Positions 1 to 13,790 are shown, numbered from the stretch's first letter. The stretch: 64,000 nucleotides of DNA from Centroscyllium fabricii (GCA_051313645.2 JBNRSN020000004.1:239692001-239756000), one strand, 5' to 3'. Notes: generated from the sequence alone by a model not told the origin. Made by a program: numbers and translations.

Positions 1-630
1 ACCTCGCTACCATCATGGCTGCTATCCCCGGGACAGGTCCTACTATGGAAGCACGTGAGGGGCCACAAGGCAGATCCCCTGGTCGAACGGGTCCACCTCC
101 TGCACGCCAATCCCCAGTACGCCTACGTGGCATACCCCGACGGGAGGGAGGACACAGTGTCCATCAAGGACCTGGCGCCAGCAGGAGTCCCCAAACCCAG
201 TCCCGCCCAGCAGACCGCGCACCCAAGACGCCCCGCCCAGCAGCCCGCGCACCCAAGACGGCCTGCCACCCCACCCGGGCCATCGCGGCCAGCCACGCCA
301 CCCCAGCCACCGGCGCCAAGGTACACTCCCCGGCACGAGGACCCAGTACCCCAGTACGTCCACCCGGCACCTGTGAGCAGCACGGCATGGCCTGCAGCAT
401 GGCTCCACAGTGCACGCCCTCTAGAGTCAGACGACGAGGGAGAGAGCGCGCCTCCTACTGTCAGTTTAAGGGCACCACCACCCAGAAACCAACCGACGAT
501 CACCGCTCACCAACCTGCATCAGCACCATCGCTACAACCGACTCGGCCGGTCACTCCGCGACCACGGACACCACCAGCGGTGCGACGCTCGACAAGGATC
601 ACCAGGCCGCCGGAGCGACTTAATTTATGA
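1..630 (+). mobile_element. 3' end of LTR-retrotransposon (Gypsy-like) pol: integrase C-terminal region with Pro-rich tail
   Basis: ORF 55..630 has 'LVERVHLLHANPQYAYVAYPDGREDTVSIKDLAP' and ends 'RRSTRITRPPERLNL', a typical Gypsy integrase tail. It is followed by a PPT and an LTR. Confidence 0.75.
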
Positions 631-697
631 TTAAATAAATAAATAAAAGAACTGTTGTATTGACCCCGCCGGACTTTTGTTTTAAAGAAGGGGTGAA

Positions 698-997
698 TGT
701 GATAAACCACTGTTTCTCACTGTTTCTTATTGTATATACTCACCCCGTTTGTATCCATGTAATCGTACCTAATGCCATGTTGTACATAACCTGTTATACG
801 ATTACCGGGACATGCCCAGGCTGGCTCCGCCCGCGACTCCTCCCTCCCAGGAGGGGGTATATAAGAGGCCGTCCCCCATCCCCTGGCCATACCTGGGGAC
901 AGTCGACTAGCTGGTGCATGTCCCACCATTTAGTTAATAAAAGCCGCATTGTTTCTCTTTCTAACTACTCGTCCACGAGGTCGTTATTTCGGTCACA
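698..997 (+). mobile_element. 3' LTR of the element cut by the window start
   Basis: Purine tract aaagaaggggtgaa (684-697), then TGTGA...TCACA termini. Internal TATA (tatataa ~857) and AATAAA (~936). Confidence 0.75.
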
Positions 998-1429
998 CAC
1001 AGTACTCCAGGTGTGGTCTCACCAGAAAATGACAGAAATATCTTCAGACTATGGAATGTACCTAGCCTTGAAGCCCACAGATGCTCAACGAGCTATTGAT
1101 GAGAAGACCTGAAAAACAACTGATGACCATTGGTCAGTTGCCAGATATCATACGTCGCGTCATTGCCGAATTGACCACTCGCTGGTGTTAGTACGTATGT
1201 GGAGTTTTGCTTGAGCTTAAAGCAAAGGGATAGCTCTGTGTATGCTGAGGTACAGTAATTGGGAATTATTATATGCTACATAACTAGCGGATGCTTGCTT
1301 GTAATCTCTTGCTGATTTATAAGTAAAAGAAATTTCACAGATTTGTTGGATTTTGTGTTGTCTGTTCGACGGGTCTGAACTTTGGAAACTGTTTGATGGG
1401 GCGAGGGGCGATTTCCGCATGTCATACAA

Positions 1430-2495
1430 CATTGAGTGGTAGCCTTTGCGGTTATGGAAGATCTCAGGATTGTTTTGCAGCCCCCACAAAGCCACGTGGG
1501 TGCAGTCGATGGCGTCCTGCACCATGGGGAGGCTCGCTATCCTGGCAAAGCTACGTGCACGCTTCTCCTGCTTCTCTCTGTTCCGAGAGAAGACACCGTA
1601 ACCCCTTCTCTTGTTGTAGAGAGCCTCTGTGACCTCCCAGGTGCAGCAATGGACGGTGAACCAGAAGGAGCTGCTGACGAAGAAATTGAGGACCACGGTG
1701 ACCTTGAGGGCCACTGGGAGAGCCGTGGTCACCCTGTTCTGAGGCTGCAGGTCTGGTTGCAGCAGGTGATAGAGTTCTGTGACCACCTACTTAGTGAAGT
1801 GAAGCCCCCTAATACACTACTCCTAGCTTAAGTGGATATAAGAGAAGTGCTTTCTGAAAACCCGAGCTGGGTAAGGCCTCCTGTTGAGAGCCCTCCTGGC
1901 CCTCATTCTCCTCCCTCTGCGAGCATCATCTCCTCTTCTTTGCTGCCTCCGCTCCCTCTCCTGAAGATACTTGAGCACGGGGGTGACTGCAAGTAGAGCT
2001 TCGTGACTGTGAGCAAGTGATGTGAGCAGAAGCCTTGAAATAAGATTGAAGGTGTTCGCCACTTGCACCAAAACTCCCTGTCACCTTAGGAACTTGAAAC
2101 AGGTTTAGAAAGATGCTAGAGTTGCAGAAAGTTCCACAGAGCCAGTCAAACTGAACAAACGTGTCAGCTGCAACATATCCCTTTAAATAATGCTACTGGA
2201 AGTTCCTTTCTGCTTGTGAATGCTCGGTCAACCGGTCATAATTAACAGAGGTAAGTGGAGCGGCGAACACGAAAATGGCAGATCAGGCGTCAGGTAAGCA
2301 TCGCACACTTGATGACATCACGATCTACATAATCTACATATCCCTAGATAGCGTGGACATCAGCAGCGCTGCTGCCCAGCCAAAAATGGCGGTCGCCATG
2401 GGACTCATCGGCAGTGGGCGGAAGTGAGGCCGCTGCCATTTCTTTTTGCCGAAACAGGCCTTAAGGGCCATGTTAATGCCTCCAATTTCTAGGCC
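1430..2495 (-). mobile_element. Decayed PIF/Harbinger transposase (HARBI1-like) fragment with terminal inverted repeat
   Basis: Minus ORFs 1217..1786 and 1823..2071 contain 'ALPVALKVTVVLNFF', 'AIDCTHVAL' and 'NRKGYHS' (Harbinger DDE N-terminal motifs). TIR-like aatttctaggcc at 2484-2495. Confidence 0.8.
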
Positions 2496-4219
2496 GATGT
2501 GTTTATTATCTGAAATAACAACAGCAAAGGCTGGAAAAACTCAGCAGGCCAGGCAACATCTGTTTATTATCTGTTTGTTTTGGTTAATGGTGACGAATCC
2601 TCACCACAAAAAAAAATGCTTCTCTAAATAATAATAATGCCAAAAAGATGTCACTCCATTACTTATCAACCCAACTGATGTCAGTAGATATTAAAGGATC
2701 TGCACTATTAGAGACATCATGGAAAAAATCCATTTACTCATCTAGGAACACTTTTCCATTTCAAGCAATCGGTGTCAGCGTCAAGCAGACCCAGGTTATA
2801 GATATCATGACCAGATACAGAGTAAAGCTTCCTTTTCCCCACAATGCATAGTAGCCCCTATCTTTGGAAGAGAACTCCTGACTACACCAGTGTAATATTC
2901 CCACTATCGATATCGCCGTTAATCACAGAAATATTATGGGGTGAGACTGCCAGTTTAAGGGTAGATTTTCCAAGTCCAGCCCGTGATTTAAATTTCAGTA
3001 GATGGAAAGTCACAGATAATGTGCCCCTGATTTTAGAATAAACAAGTGAGGTACCTCGCTATGTGTGTAGACTGAGAAAATCGACCCTACCGTGCCAACT
3101 TCTGAGCAATTTTGCAGACCTTAGGAACTGGAGGTGAGTCTGTGAGCTTCATAGACATCAGAGACAAAGCACTTTCATTCAATCTAGGTGAGCTTTTTTT
3201 GAATCAGGAATTGAAAAGGTGACTGTGCTTACCTATTGTGCCACCCAGTCGAATCGTGCAGAGTTATCTTATGTGCAAATAAAACAAAGTGACCTGAATG
3301 GACTGATAAATTATTATAATGTACTACAAAATGTAGTTAAATCTATATTGCTGTGGGCTGGATATTATTTAATTACCCACCCAAAATCAGGCGGCACAGA
3401 GGCAGAAAATGGGGTGAAATTGGGCAGCAAGGCCTACTGCCACATCCCCCTGCTGGCCTCAAGTTTCCTCACCCTGCTCCCAACGAAAAGGCCACTAGCC
3501 ATCCCTTCATTGCCTGATATGCGCAAATGTCAGCAGGGATGAGAGGCACAACAAGCCACGGATTTCTCCGCTCACCACTGCTGCCAACATCAAACTCAAG
3601 GATAGCCAGGAGAAGGGTAGAACTAGTTATTGGGTTAGCAGCGATAAGTCCCCTAAGTTAATGGATGGAGGGAGAGGTCTTAGTAGTGGCCTCCTTTCTC
3701 TCTAAATACTTAAAAACAATGGGGGGAAACTCTGATGGTGCTAATGGGGTGCTAGAGTATTCTCGCCAGGGTGAGGCGAATCCAATGCTGCACATCAAAT
3801 CCACTTCCTCCACCACCACAGTGCTGCCAGTAACAGCTATTGCCAGGAGCCTCAACGCCAGGTGGATTGTGATGTCAGTGAGTGCGCAATGCTCACTGAC
3901 CACCCGATCTGCGAAATTGATTGTCACCACCTACCTTAGTGCTTGGAGTAAACAGTGGCAGGGAGAGCTGGTGTGAAGCACCAGGAAGCCTGTCCTTGGG
4001 ACATTATTTGAAGGGATCAGCATTGATGACTCGCAGCTGTCAGGTTGGTGCAGTTTCAATGATTTCTTGTCAGTTTCACATAGTCCAGCAGTTTAATTCA
4101 GTAATTTCAAGGTTATTTTGTATCAGGATTGTTGTGGCAACTAAAAAGTATTTACTCTTAAAAAAATGAAACTGCTACACTTGGTAACATTAATGGAGGC
4201 TGTACTGGCATGCCACCTC

Positions 4220-4498
4220 TGTAATGATATCAGCAAATAGTGATTATATTTGCCTGTTTGATTATATATGCCTTACTAGCAGAGGGATCATAGTTGCCTG
4301 TTTGATTATCTATGCCTGGCCAGCAGAGGGCATGTGACAGGAATCAAGTTAGTGTAGTTGCTGTATAGGAGTGATCTCCAAGATGGAGTCTCTCTGTAAG
4401 CCTCATGTAAAGCTGTAAGTTACTTGAACATACTTTAGATTAAACAACATTCTCCTTCATAAATGTGTCATCATTGAACCCACATAGAAAACAATACA
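4220..4498 (+). repeat. 5' LTR of Gypsy element
   Basis: Direct repeat of 8755-9033 with about 13 substitutions by manual count. Confidence 0.97.
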
Positions 4499-4512
4499 TG
4501 GTGTCAGAAGTG
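4499..4512 (+). promoter_or_regulatory. Primer-binding site complementary to the 3' end of tRNA-Leu(CAA)
   Basis: TGGTGTCAGAAGTG immediately after the 5' LTR matches the reverse complement of the vertebrate tRNA-Leu(CAA) 3' end (...CACTTCTGACACCA, recalled). Confidence 0.8.
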
Positions 4513-4656
4513 ATTGAAGGAAATGAAGAGAAAATATCTGTAGTTAGCAACTAGTCGTGGCAAGTAAACTAACCAGCGAAATCAGCTGTCCACATATTAG
4601 CAGGCCAAAAGAAAACATCGTCACTTACCTTTGGAGAATAGCTAATAAAGTGAAAA

Positions 4657-7600
4657 ATGGAAGGGTTACACCCACCGGTGAAACTTCAGTTGACAGGTAA
4701 TGTGGCTGAAAATTGGAACAGGTTCAAACAATGTTTTGAGTTGTATTTAGCAGCAATCGGAGCTGATGAGAAAAGTGATAAAATGAAAGCATCAGTGTTC
4801 TTACACGTCATGGGTGATGAAGCACTGGAGGTATATAATAACCTCACATTCGCTGCTGATGGAGAAAAAATGAAATTGGATAAAATAATGGAACAGTTTG
4901 AGGCATACCACATACCTAAACATTACGTGATGTTTGAGAGGCACAGATTTTTCACATGTGTACAGAAAATGGGAGAAACTATTGATCAGTATGTGACTGA
5001 ACTGAGAAACAGAAGCAAAACATGTGAATTTGGTGGACTGACAGACTCGCTGATAAAAGACAGACTTGTGTGTGGTATTCCAGATAATAGTCTAAAGGAA
5101 AGACTGCTAAGAGAGCAAAATCTAGACCTGGGAAAAGCCATAGCACTCTGTAGGGCTACAGAGACTGTAAAGTCACAGGCAAAGGAGCTATTTAGTGACA
5201 GTAGCTGCAACATGGATGCAGTGAGAAAGAATGGACACAAACCATTTAACAAAAAGAGCGCCAACATGAAAAGAGGCATGGCCAGTGAACAAAAATGGAA
5301 GGGGCAATCGAAAGCCATGTAGTCGATGCGGTACACAACACCTACCAAAAAAGTGTCCAGAATATGGTAAAACATGCAATAGATGCAACAAAAACAACCA
5401 GTATGCCCGTTGCTGTAAGAACCAAGTGCAACAAAGCAAGGTCCATGCAGTAGATGAAAGGGAGATAGAGGAGTTCTATGTGCACATTGTGTCTGAAAAC
5501 AAAAAAGAAAAAAGAGACTGGATGTTGACATTAAAAGTGAATGACATACACATTTCATTAAAATTGGATACTGGAGCACAAATTAATGTGATATCAGAGA
5601 CTGATTTTAAGAAAATTAGACCCAAACCAAAGATACATGGAACAAAAGTGAAAGTGACAGGATACTCAGGTACCGTGCAAGGAAAATGCATTGTCAAAGT
5701 GACACACAAGGACAGAGAGCACATGCTAGCATTCATTGTGGTGCCAAAGGATGTGCAGGCCATACTAGGTTTAATAGCCTGTGGGAGACTGAACCTGGTA
5801 AAGAGAGTCCTCGTTGTGGAAAGCGGAGGAGAGACAGTCTATGGTGAACTCATGAAAGAGTACAACGACCTATTTCAGGGTCTAGGCTGCCTTCCAGGAG
5901 AACACACAATCAGAGTGGGTAAAAGTGTGCCTCCGATAATACATCCATGCAGAAAAGTTCCGCTTGCTCTTCAAAAGCAACTGAAGGCAGAGTTGGACAG
6001 GATGGTAAGCCTGAACGTGATTCAGAAGATAAATGAGCCAACTGAGTGGATGAGTTCCCTTGTCGTTGTGAACAAAAAGAATGGAAAGCTCAGAATTTGC
6101 CTGTATCCAAGAGATCTAAACAGAGCAATAAAGAGAGAGCACTTCAAGCTTCTGATGCGTGAGGAAATCATGTCACAGTTTGCAAATGCAAAGTATTTCA
6201 GCAAGTTAGATGCATCATCAGGATTTTGGCAGTTGAAACTGGACGAAGCAAGTTCAAGACTGTGCCCGTTCAATAGTCCATTTGGCAAATACAGATTCCT
6301 AAGGTTACCATTTGGCATTGCCTCAGCTCCTGACGTGTATCACAAAACTATCCATATGGTCTAAGAGCACCTGGAGGGAGTTGATACCTCAATGGATGAC
6401 ATCATAGTATGGGGAACCACGAGAACTGAGCATGACAAGAGACTGAAAAAAAGTGCTGGAAGCAACAAGGAAAACAAACCTGAAGCTGAATAGAGAGAAA
6501 TGCCAGCTCAGGGTGACAGAACTGACATTTGTGGGAGATATCCTTAGCAGTGAGGGCATCAGACCAGATCCCAGAAAGGTGTCTGCCATTGGAAATATGC
6601 CAAGGCCACAATGCAAAAGGGACGTGCAGAGGTTTAATGGAATGATCAACTACGTGGGTAAATTCATATCCAACCTCTCAGAAAAGATAGCACCACTTAG
6701 AAGACTAACTGAAAAGAACATACAATGGGAGTGGAATCATGAGCATGAGAAGTCATGGAGTGAACTAAAGAAACTGCTCACAGAGGAACCAGTTCTGAGG
6801 TTTTATGACCCAGCGAGACCCATCAAGATATCATCAGACACGTCACAGTGTGGGCTTGGTGCCGTTCTTCTGCAAAAATATGACAACTGGCAACCTATTG
6901 CATATGCATCGCACTCAATGACAGACGCGGGGACGCAATATGCTCAAATAGAAAAGGAGCTGCTCAGCATCACATACGCCTGTGAAAGATTTCACCAGTT
7001 TGTGTCAGGACAAGCAATCAGTGTAGAGACTGACCATAAGCCCTTGATTGCATTGTTCCAAAAGCCACTAAATGTCTGTCCACTTAGAATACAAAGAATG
7101 ATGATCAGGCTGCAACGCTATGCACTGAATGTTGCGTACACTCCGGGTAAGCTGATGTACACAGCAGACACGTTGTCTAGAGCTGTTGACCCAAGAGAGC
7201 CCGCAAACACCAAAATGGATGAAGACGTGAACGCCTACGTGGACATGATCAGAAGTGCACTGCCCATAGCAGATGCAAAAATGGAGCTCATAAAGACTGA
7301 GACAAACAAAGATGAAACACTGAAACGACTGTGAAAAAACATCTTGGATGGATGGCCCAACATGAAGCAAGACTGCTCACCTGACATTGCAGAGTACTGG
7401 AACTGCAGGGCGGAACTATCAGTGGTCAAAGACATCATCTACAAAGGAAGTAAAATAGTTATCCCAAAGAGTCTGAGAAAAGAGATGCTAAAAAGGATTC
7501 ATGGAGGACATCTGGGAATCAAAAAGTGTAAGAAAAGAGCACGAGAGGTGATGTACTGGCCACGAATCAACCATGATGTGACAAATGAGGTGTCAATCTG

Positions 7601-8530
7601 CACAATATGCTGAAAATATCAAGCAAGCAATCCTGCAGAACCAGTAAAGCCACACCCAGCACCAGAAAGACCTTACCAGAAGGTAGGCGCTGACCTATTC
7701 ATATGTCAAGGGAAGGACTATCTTGTAGTCACAGACTATTACTCCCTGTATCCAGAGGTGTGTAGACTGTACACCACCACTGCAGATGCTGTGATAACAT
7801 GTATGAAAGCCATATTTTCCAGACATGGCGTGGCAAGCGAGGTCTTCACAGACAATGGACCCCAGTTTTGCAATTCAAGTTTCCAACACTTTGCCAAAGA
7901 GTGGGACTTTGTCCACACAATGTCAATTCTTAATTTTCAACAGTCCAATGGACTAGTGGAAAAATCGGTCCAGAGAGTGAAAAGACTGATGTACAAGGCA
8001 AAAGACTGTGGAACTGACTTCTACCAGAGCATGCTAGTACAACGCTGCTCGAGTGTGGTATGTCACCAGCCCAACTCCTTATGGGACGTATGCTAAGATC
8101 AAACCTACCCATCCCGGAGAACCTCCTGAAAACAAAAGAGGGAGTGAAAGTGAGGAAGTTCAAAGAACAGAAAGAAAAGCAAAAGTACTACTTTGACAGA
8201 GGAACACAAAACCTACATGAACTCCACACTGGTGACCAAGTAAGGCTCAAAGTCAAAACAAACATATGGACTCAGAAGGGAGCTGTCCTTAGTGAAGTCC
8301 AACCAAGATCAGACACCATTCAGACAGATGAAGGTGCTGTTCTTCAAAGAAATCATCGGGCTCGTCTCATGGGACCAGCCACAGCAGGCAGAAAGACTGA
8401 TACTGTTGAACAACCTGATTACACAGCTGAGAACTCATCATCTGAGGCAACAACTCAGATTCAAGGACAATCAATCAGACGATCCTCAAGACACATGAAA
8501 CCTCCTGAGAGACTCATAGAGCAAATTTAA
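4657..8530 (+). pseudogene. Gypsy gag-pol polyprotein broken by frameshifts and stops
   Basis: gag 4657..5322; zinc-knuckle-like CSRCGTQH..C and CNRCNK; protease LDTGA; RT 'FSKLDASSGFWQ..LPFGIASAP..MDD'; RNase H 'SDTSQCGLGAVL..YAQIEKE..TDHKPL'; integrase 'H..HLG..C..C', 'TDNGPQF', 'SNGLVEKSV'. Split across at least 6 ORFs. Confidence 0.93.
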
Positions 8531-8754
8531 AGACTCTTGTTACAGAATGAAGTAGTGTTATCTTATTCGCTCTTCAAGTTCTAGTGTATTTACATATTTC
8601 ATGTGAACACACAAAACAAGGTTAAAAAACCTTAATAATTATAATAATAATGATAATGTAAGTTCATTAAGTGTTACAGTTAAAATTGCAGAGTAATACA
8701 AAGAAAACATGTTGTTAGTTGAAAGTAAGATACTTTTGTTTCAAGAAAGGGAGA

Positions 8755-9033
8755 TGTAATGATATCAGCAAATAGTGATTATATTTGCCTGTTTGATTAT
8801 CTATGCCTTACCAGCAGAGGGATCATAGTTGCCTGTTTGATTGTCTATGCCTGGCCTGCAAAGGGCATGTGACAAGAAGCAAGTTAGTTTAGTTGCTGTA
8901 TAGGAGTGATCTCCAAGATAGAGTCTCTCTGTAAGCCTCATGTAAAGCTGTAAGTTACTTGAATATATTTTAGATTAAACAACATTCTCCTTCGTAAATG
9001 TGTCGTCATTGAACCCACATAGAAAACAATACA
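8755..9033 (+). repeat. 3' LTR of Gypsy element, preceded by PPT aagaaagggaga (8743-8754)
   Basis: Direct repeat of 4220-4498 with the polypurine tract directly upstream. Confidence 0.97.
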
Positions 9034-9310
9034 ACCTCACCGTCCTGGATCGGTGGCAGAGGGAGCGTAGGCAGCGAGAATGACATATGTGCAGAGCAAT
9101 GAGGAGGGACATCAGGGCTTTCAGTAGAGGACCTTACCCTCCGAGAGTATTCTAAAAGCACTACTCCTACCTTCAATGAAATGAGGAGCAGTGTATTAGA
9201 TGGCTCCGCTTCACCAAGGAGGTGGTCACAGAACTCTGCCACTTCCTCCAAACAGACGTTCAGCCTCCAGCAGGATGACTTAAAGCCCATATCCCCTTGG
9301 CTCACCACAT
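9034..9310 (+). mobile_element. Harbinger transposase N-terminal fragment, continuing the ORF interrupted by the Gypsy element
   Basis: 'ccttaccctccgagagtattc...cagtgtattagatggctccgcttcaccaaggaggtggtcacagaactctgccac' parallels the N-termini at 1760-1880(-) and 18630-18750(+). Confidence 0.7.
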
Positions 9311-9314
9311 CCCC

Positions 9315-10290
9315 ATCATTCCTGTTTGTAATCTACATTAATGATTTAGATATGAACGTAAACGGTATGATTAGTAAGTTCGCAGATGACACGAAAATTG
9401 GTGGAGTGGTAAATAGCGAGGAGGGAAGCCTCAGTCTGCAGGACAATATAGATGGGTTGGTCAGATGGGCGGAGCACTGGCACATGGAATTTAATCATGA
9501 AAAGTGTGAGGTGATGCATTTTGGGAGGACTAACAAGGCAAGGGAATACACAATGAATGGTAAGACCCTAGGAAAGACAGGATCAGAGGGACCTTGGTGT
9601 GCATGTACATAGATCCCTGAAGGCAGCAAGGTAGGTAGATAAGATGGTTAAGAATGCATATGGGATACTTGCTTCATTAGCCGAGGCATAGAATATAAGA
9701 GCAGGGAGGTTATGATGGAGCTGTACAAAGTGCTAGTAAGGCCACAGCTGGAATACTGTGTGCAGTTCTGGTCGCTACGCTACAGGAAGGATGTGATTGT
9801 ATTTGAGAGGGCACAGAAAAGATTCACCAGAATGCTACCTGGGCTGGAGCGCTTCAGCTATGAAGACTGGACAGGCTGGGGTTGTTTTCTTTGGAGCAGA
9901 GAAGGCTGAGGGGGGACCTGATTGAGGTGTACAAAATTATGAGGGGCATAGATAGGGTAGATAGAAAGGAACTTTTTCCCTTAGTAGAGGGGTCAATAAC
10001 CAGAGGGCATAGTTTCAAGCTAAGGGGCGGGAGGTTTAGGGGGAATTTGAGGAGGACCTTTTTCACCCAGAGGGTGGTTGGAGTCTGGAACTCGCTGCCT
10101 GGAAGGGTGGTGGAGGCAGGAACCCTCACAACATTTAAGAGGCATTTGGATGAGCACTTGAGATGCCATAACATACAAGGCTACGGACCAAGTGCTGGAA
10201 AATGGGATTAAAATAGAAAGGGTTTGATGGCCGGCACAGACACGATGGGCCAAAGGGCCTCTTTCCATGCTGTATTACTCTATGACTCTA
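9315..10290 (+). mobile_element. CR1-type LINE 3' fragment
   Basis: RT 'YINDLD..SKFADDTKIGG..KCEVMHFG', 'LVRPQLEYCVQFW', 'RRLRGDLIEVYKIM..FFTQRVVGVWNSLP'. Ends in a ctctatgactcta tail. Confidence 0.92.
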
Positions 10291-10299
10291 TTCCATCCC

Positions 10300-11060
10300 T
10301 CTCACAGGCCGTTTCGCACCACAAAGCTGAAATGACAGAATCCACAAAAGAATGGTAAGTGAATTAATAAATTTATCAAAAATCAGTGAGCACATATTTA
10401 CAACAAAAATATTACCTATTCACCCTGTGCAATCCCTTAGTGCCTCTTGTTACTGTGCTTTTACCTACTCTAGTGCTCCAATGAAGTGTTGGCCCAGTGG
10501 CTGCAGCAGGGCTAGTGGAAGGCTACTGACAGTCCATGTGGGAGCCTTCAGATGGCCTTACAGGATGCCCTCGACGAGCTCTGAGCCGGGAAAGCCTGGC
10601 TGTAGACTGCACCACCTCAGCAGTCTGGGCTGGCTGGATGACAGGCAGCGACAAGGGCAATGGTGGAGTGGCAGTGGGGGGGCAGGAATGCTGTCATCCT
10701 GAGAGAGGACAGCAGCTTCCTGCTCCATTAACCCACTGCCACTACCCCGGGGCAGCACCTCAACAGCTGTAGCAATCTGTTGGCCCACAGATTGCTGGCC
10801 TGCTGCGATACCGTGAAAGCCCCAGTGGATGGTAGTTAACCCAGCTATGATGGCAGCAGTCAGAGATTGCATGGCATTAAGCTGAGACTGCATGAGAGCA
10901 GTCCGAGATTGGATGCCACCAAGCATAGACTGCATTACAGCACTAAGATGTTGCATCACTTCCGCCTGTGCTGCAATGGAAGCTGCCAGATCACCCATCA
11001 TACACGGCATCAGATTTGGGTCACCACAGTCTCTCTGATGGGCTCCATGGTGTGCGTAGA
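10300..11060 (-). mobile_element. 3' part of a Harbinger Myb/SANT-protein gene remnant
   Basis: Similar to 19700-20255, which lies convergent to a Harbinger transposase. ORF 10558..11010 is low-complexity and coiled-like. Confidence 0.5.
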
Positions 11061-11063
11061 GTC

Positions 11064-13790
11064 AACAACAACTTGTATTTATATAACATAGTAAAACATC
11101 CCAAGTGGCTTCACAGGAGTGTTATAAGAAAAAAAATTGACACCGAGCCACGTAGGAAATTAGGGCAGATGACCAAAAGCTTGGTCAAAGAGGTAGGTTT
11201 TAAGAAGCATCTTGAAGGAGGAAAGAGAGGTAGCGAGATGAAGATATTTAGGGAGGGAGTTCCAGAGCTGAGGGCCTTGGCAGCTGAAGGAATAGCCACT
11301 GCTGGTTGAGTGATTATAATCGGGGATGCTCAAGAAGACAGAATTTGAGGAGCCCAGATATCTCGGGGTCTGTGGGGCTGAAGAAGATTACAGAAATAGG
11401 GAGGTGCGAGACCATGGCGGGATTTGAAAACAAGGATGAGAATTTTGAAATTGAGGCATTGCTTAAACGGAAGCCAATGTAGATCAGCGAGCACAGGGGA
11501 GATGGGTGAATGGATCTTGGTACGATTTAGGACATGGGGAGCCGAATTTTGGATGACCTCAAGTTTATGTAGGGTAGAATGCAGGAGGCCAGCCAGGAGT
11601 GCGTTGGAATAGTCATGTCTAGAGGTAACAAAGGCATGGATGAGGGTTTCAGCCACAGATGAGCTGAGGCAAGTGCAGAGACGGGCAATGTTATGGAGCT
11701 GGAAATAGGCAGTCTTGGTTATGCCATGGATATGTGGTCAGAAGCTCATTTCAGGGTTAAATATGACACCAAGGTTGCGAACAGTCTGGTTCAGCCTCAG
11801 ACAGGTACTAGGGAGAGGGATAGAGTCAATAGCTAGGGAACAGAGTTTGTGGCAGGGCCCGAAGACAATGGCTTCGGTCTTCCCAATATTTAATTGGAGA
11901 AAATTTCTGCTTATCCAGTACTGGATGTCAGACAAGCAGTCTGACAATTTAGAGACTGTGGAGGGGTTGAGAGACGCAGTGGTGAGGTAGAGCTGGATGT
12001 TGTCAACATACATGTGGAAACTGATGCTGTGTTTTCAGATGATGTCGCCAAGGGGCAGCATGTAAATGAGAAATAGGAGGGGACCAAGGATAGATCCTTG
12101 GGGGACTCCAGAGGTAACGATGCGGGAGTGGGAAGAGAAACTACTGCAGGTGATTTTCTGGCTACAATTGGATAAAATGGAAGCAGGCAAGGGCAGTCCC
12201 ACCCAGCTAGACGATGGTGGAGACGCGTTTTGGTACTGTGGCACGGGCAGAAACCAGATTGGAGGGTTTCAAACAATGAGTTCTGGAAAGGATGGACATG
12301 GATTTGGGAGGTGAGAACCCGTTCAAGGACTTTGGAGAGAAAAGGTTGGTTGTAGATGGGGCGCTAGTTTTCAAGGATAGAGGGGTCAAGGGTTGGTTTT
12401 TTGAGGAGAGGGGTGTTGATGGCAGATTTTAAGGAGAGGGGAACAGTACCTGAGGAGAGAGCTGTTAACAATATCAGCTAACATGGGAGACAGAAATGGA
12501 AGTTGGTGGTCAGCAGTTTAGTGGGAATAGGGTCGAGGGAGCAGGAAGTGGGTCTCCTGTGCAAGATGAGCGGGGAGAGGTCAAGAGGGGAGATCGGAGA
12601 GAAACTGGAAAAAGATGTGAGTTCCGGGCTAGGGCAGAGGTGAACCTTAGAGAAAGTTTGACCCGGTGGGCTGGGAAAGGAAGGGAAGTGGCAGACGCAG
12701 CTGAACAGAAGGTCTCAATCTTAGAGACAAAGAAGTCCATGAGCTCCTCGCACTTGGTGTTGGAGGTGAGTGCAGAGGAGACAGGGGTGAGGGGTTTAAG
12801 AAGACGGTTAGCAATAGGGAATATAAGCCAGGGGTTATCTTTGCATTCCAGAATGATTCTGGAATAGTGAGCAGTTTTGGCAGTCAAGAGCATGACCTAA
12901 TAATGCTTTATGTGGTCCAGCCAGATCTGGCGGTGAATGGCTAAACCAGTTGTCTGCCATATCTGTTCAAGTCTGCATCCCTTGGACTTGAGGGAGTGAA
13001 GATGTGGGCTGTACCAGCTGGACTGGCCAGGGTGAGAGAGAGTAATGGTTTTAATAGGAACTAGGGCATCAAAGGTAGTGGTGAGGAGGTGGTTGAGCAG
13101 ATCGGTAGCTGCAGAAATGTTGTGATAAATGGAGGGCCAAAGGCTGGACTGTTGGGATTTCATACGTGCTTTTGTAAGAGAGTTGGGGGAGAGTTTTTTT
13201 CAGGGGCAGACACAGAAGGAAGTAGGGTTGGATGGTGGAAGGGGGATGTGGGTGGAAAGCCATACAAAAAGTGGTCTTTGATTCACACGGTGGAAGTAGC
13301 GAGGTCAGGAGAGATGGCAAGGTCAAGGGGATAGCTGTGAATATGAGTTGGGGAGTTCACATGGAGGGAGAGATTAGGGGAGGTTAGGAGTCCAGTGAAC
13401 TCAGAGGAGAGAGAGCATGATGAACTGAGATGGAGGTTGAAGTCACTGAGGATAAGAAGTTGTTTGGTGCAGAGGCTGAGAGAGGAAAGCAGTGGAGATA
13501 TCTTGTTGATCAGACCCAGGTGTGATTTGGTGATGAGCGCCACACCACCACCACGGCAGTCTGGGCGGGGCAGATGGTGGAAGGTATAGCCAAGTGGGGA
13601 GGCTTCATTTAAGGATAAGGTGTCATCACCCCTCAGCCAAGTTTCTGTCAGGGCCAAGATGTTGATACAATCATCCACAATTAGCTCATGGATGGCAACG
13701 TGCTTGTTCGCAAGTGAACAGACATTCTGTAGGGAGATGCAGAAAAGGTCGGTGATGGCTGATCCACTGCCAGTGTCCACAAGGTCAGCG
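11064..13790 (-). mobile_element. L2-clade LINE, ORF2 (APE endonuclease + RT), decayed
   Basis: EN 'LQNVCSLANK..ILALTETWL..GGGVALI..SDFNLH'; RT '[22 protein letters not shown]', 'YVDNIQLY'; C-terminal 'ETLIHAFVTSR.DYSNALL', 'LADLHWLP'. The 3' tail (aac)n is at ~11064. Confidence 0.92.

Larger units (their letters stand above)
4220..9033 (+). mobile_element. Full-length but inactivated Ty3/Gypsy LTR retrotransposon
   Basis: Two 279-bp TG...CA LTRs (4220-4498, 8755-9033), 5-bp TSD ACCTC (4215-4219, 9034-9038), PBS and PPT. Domain order is gag, PR, RT, RH, IN. Confidence 0.97.

Noticed and set aside
1217-2071. Domesticated HARBI1 or NAIF1 host genes (also 13830-15000 and 18530-19560)
   Set aside because: There are multiple divergent copies with frameshifts, deletions, nested insertions and TIR-like ends, so these are transposon fossils.
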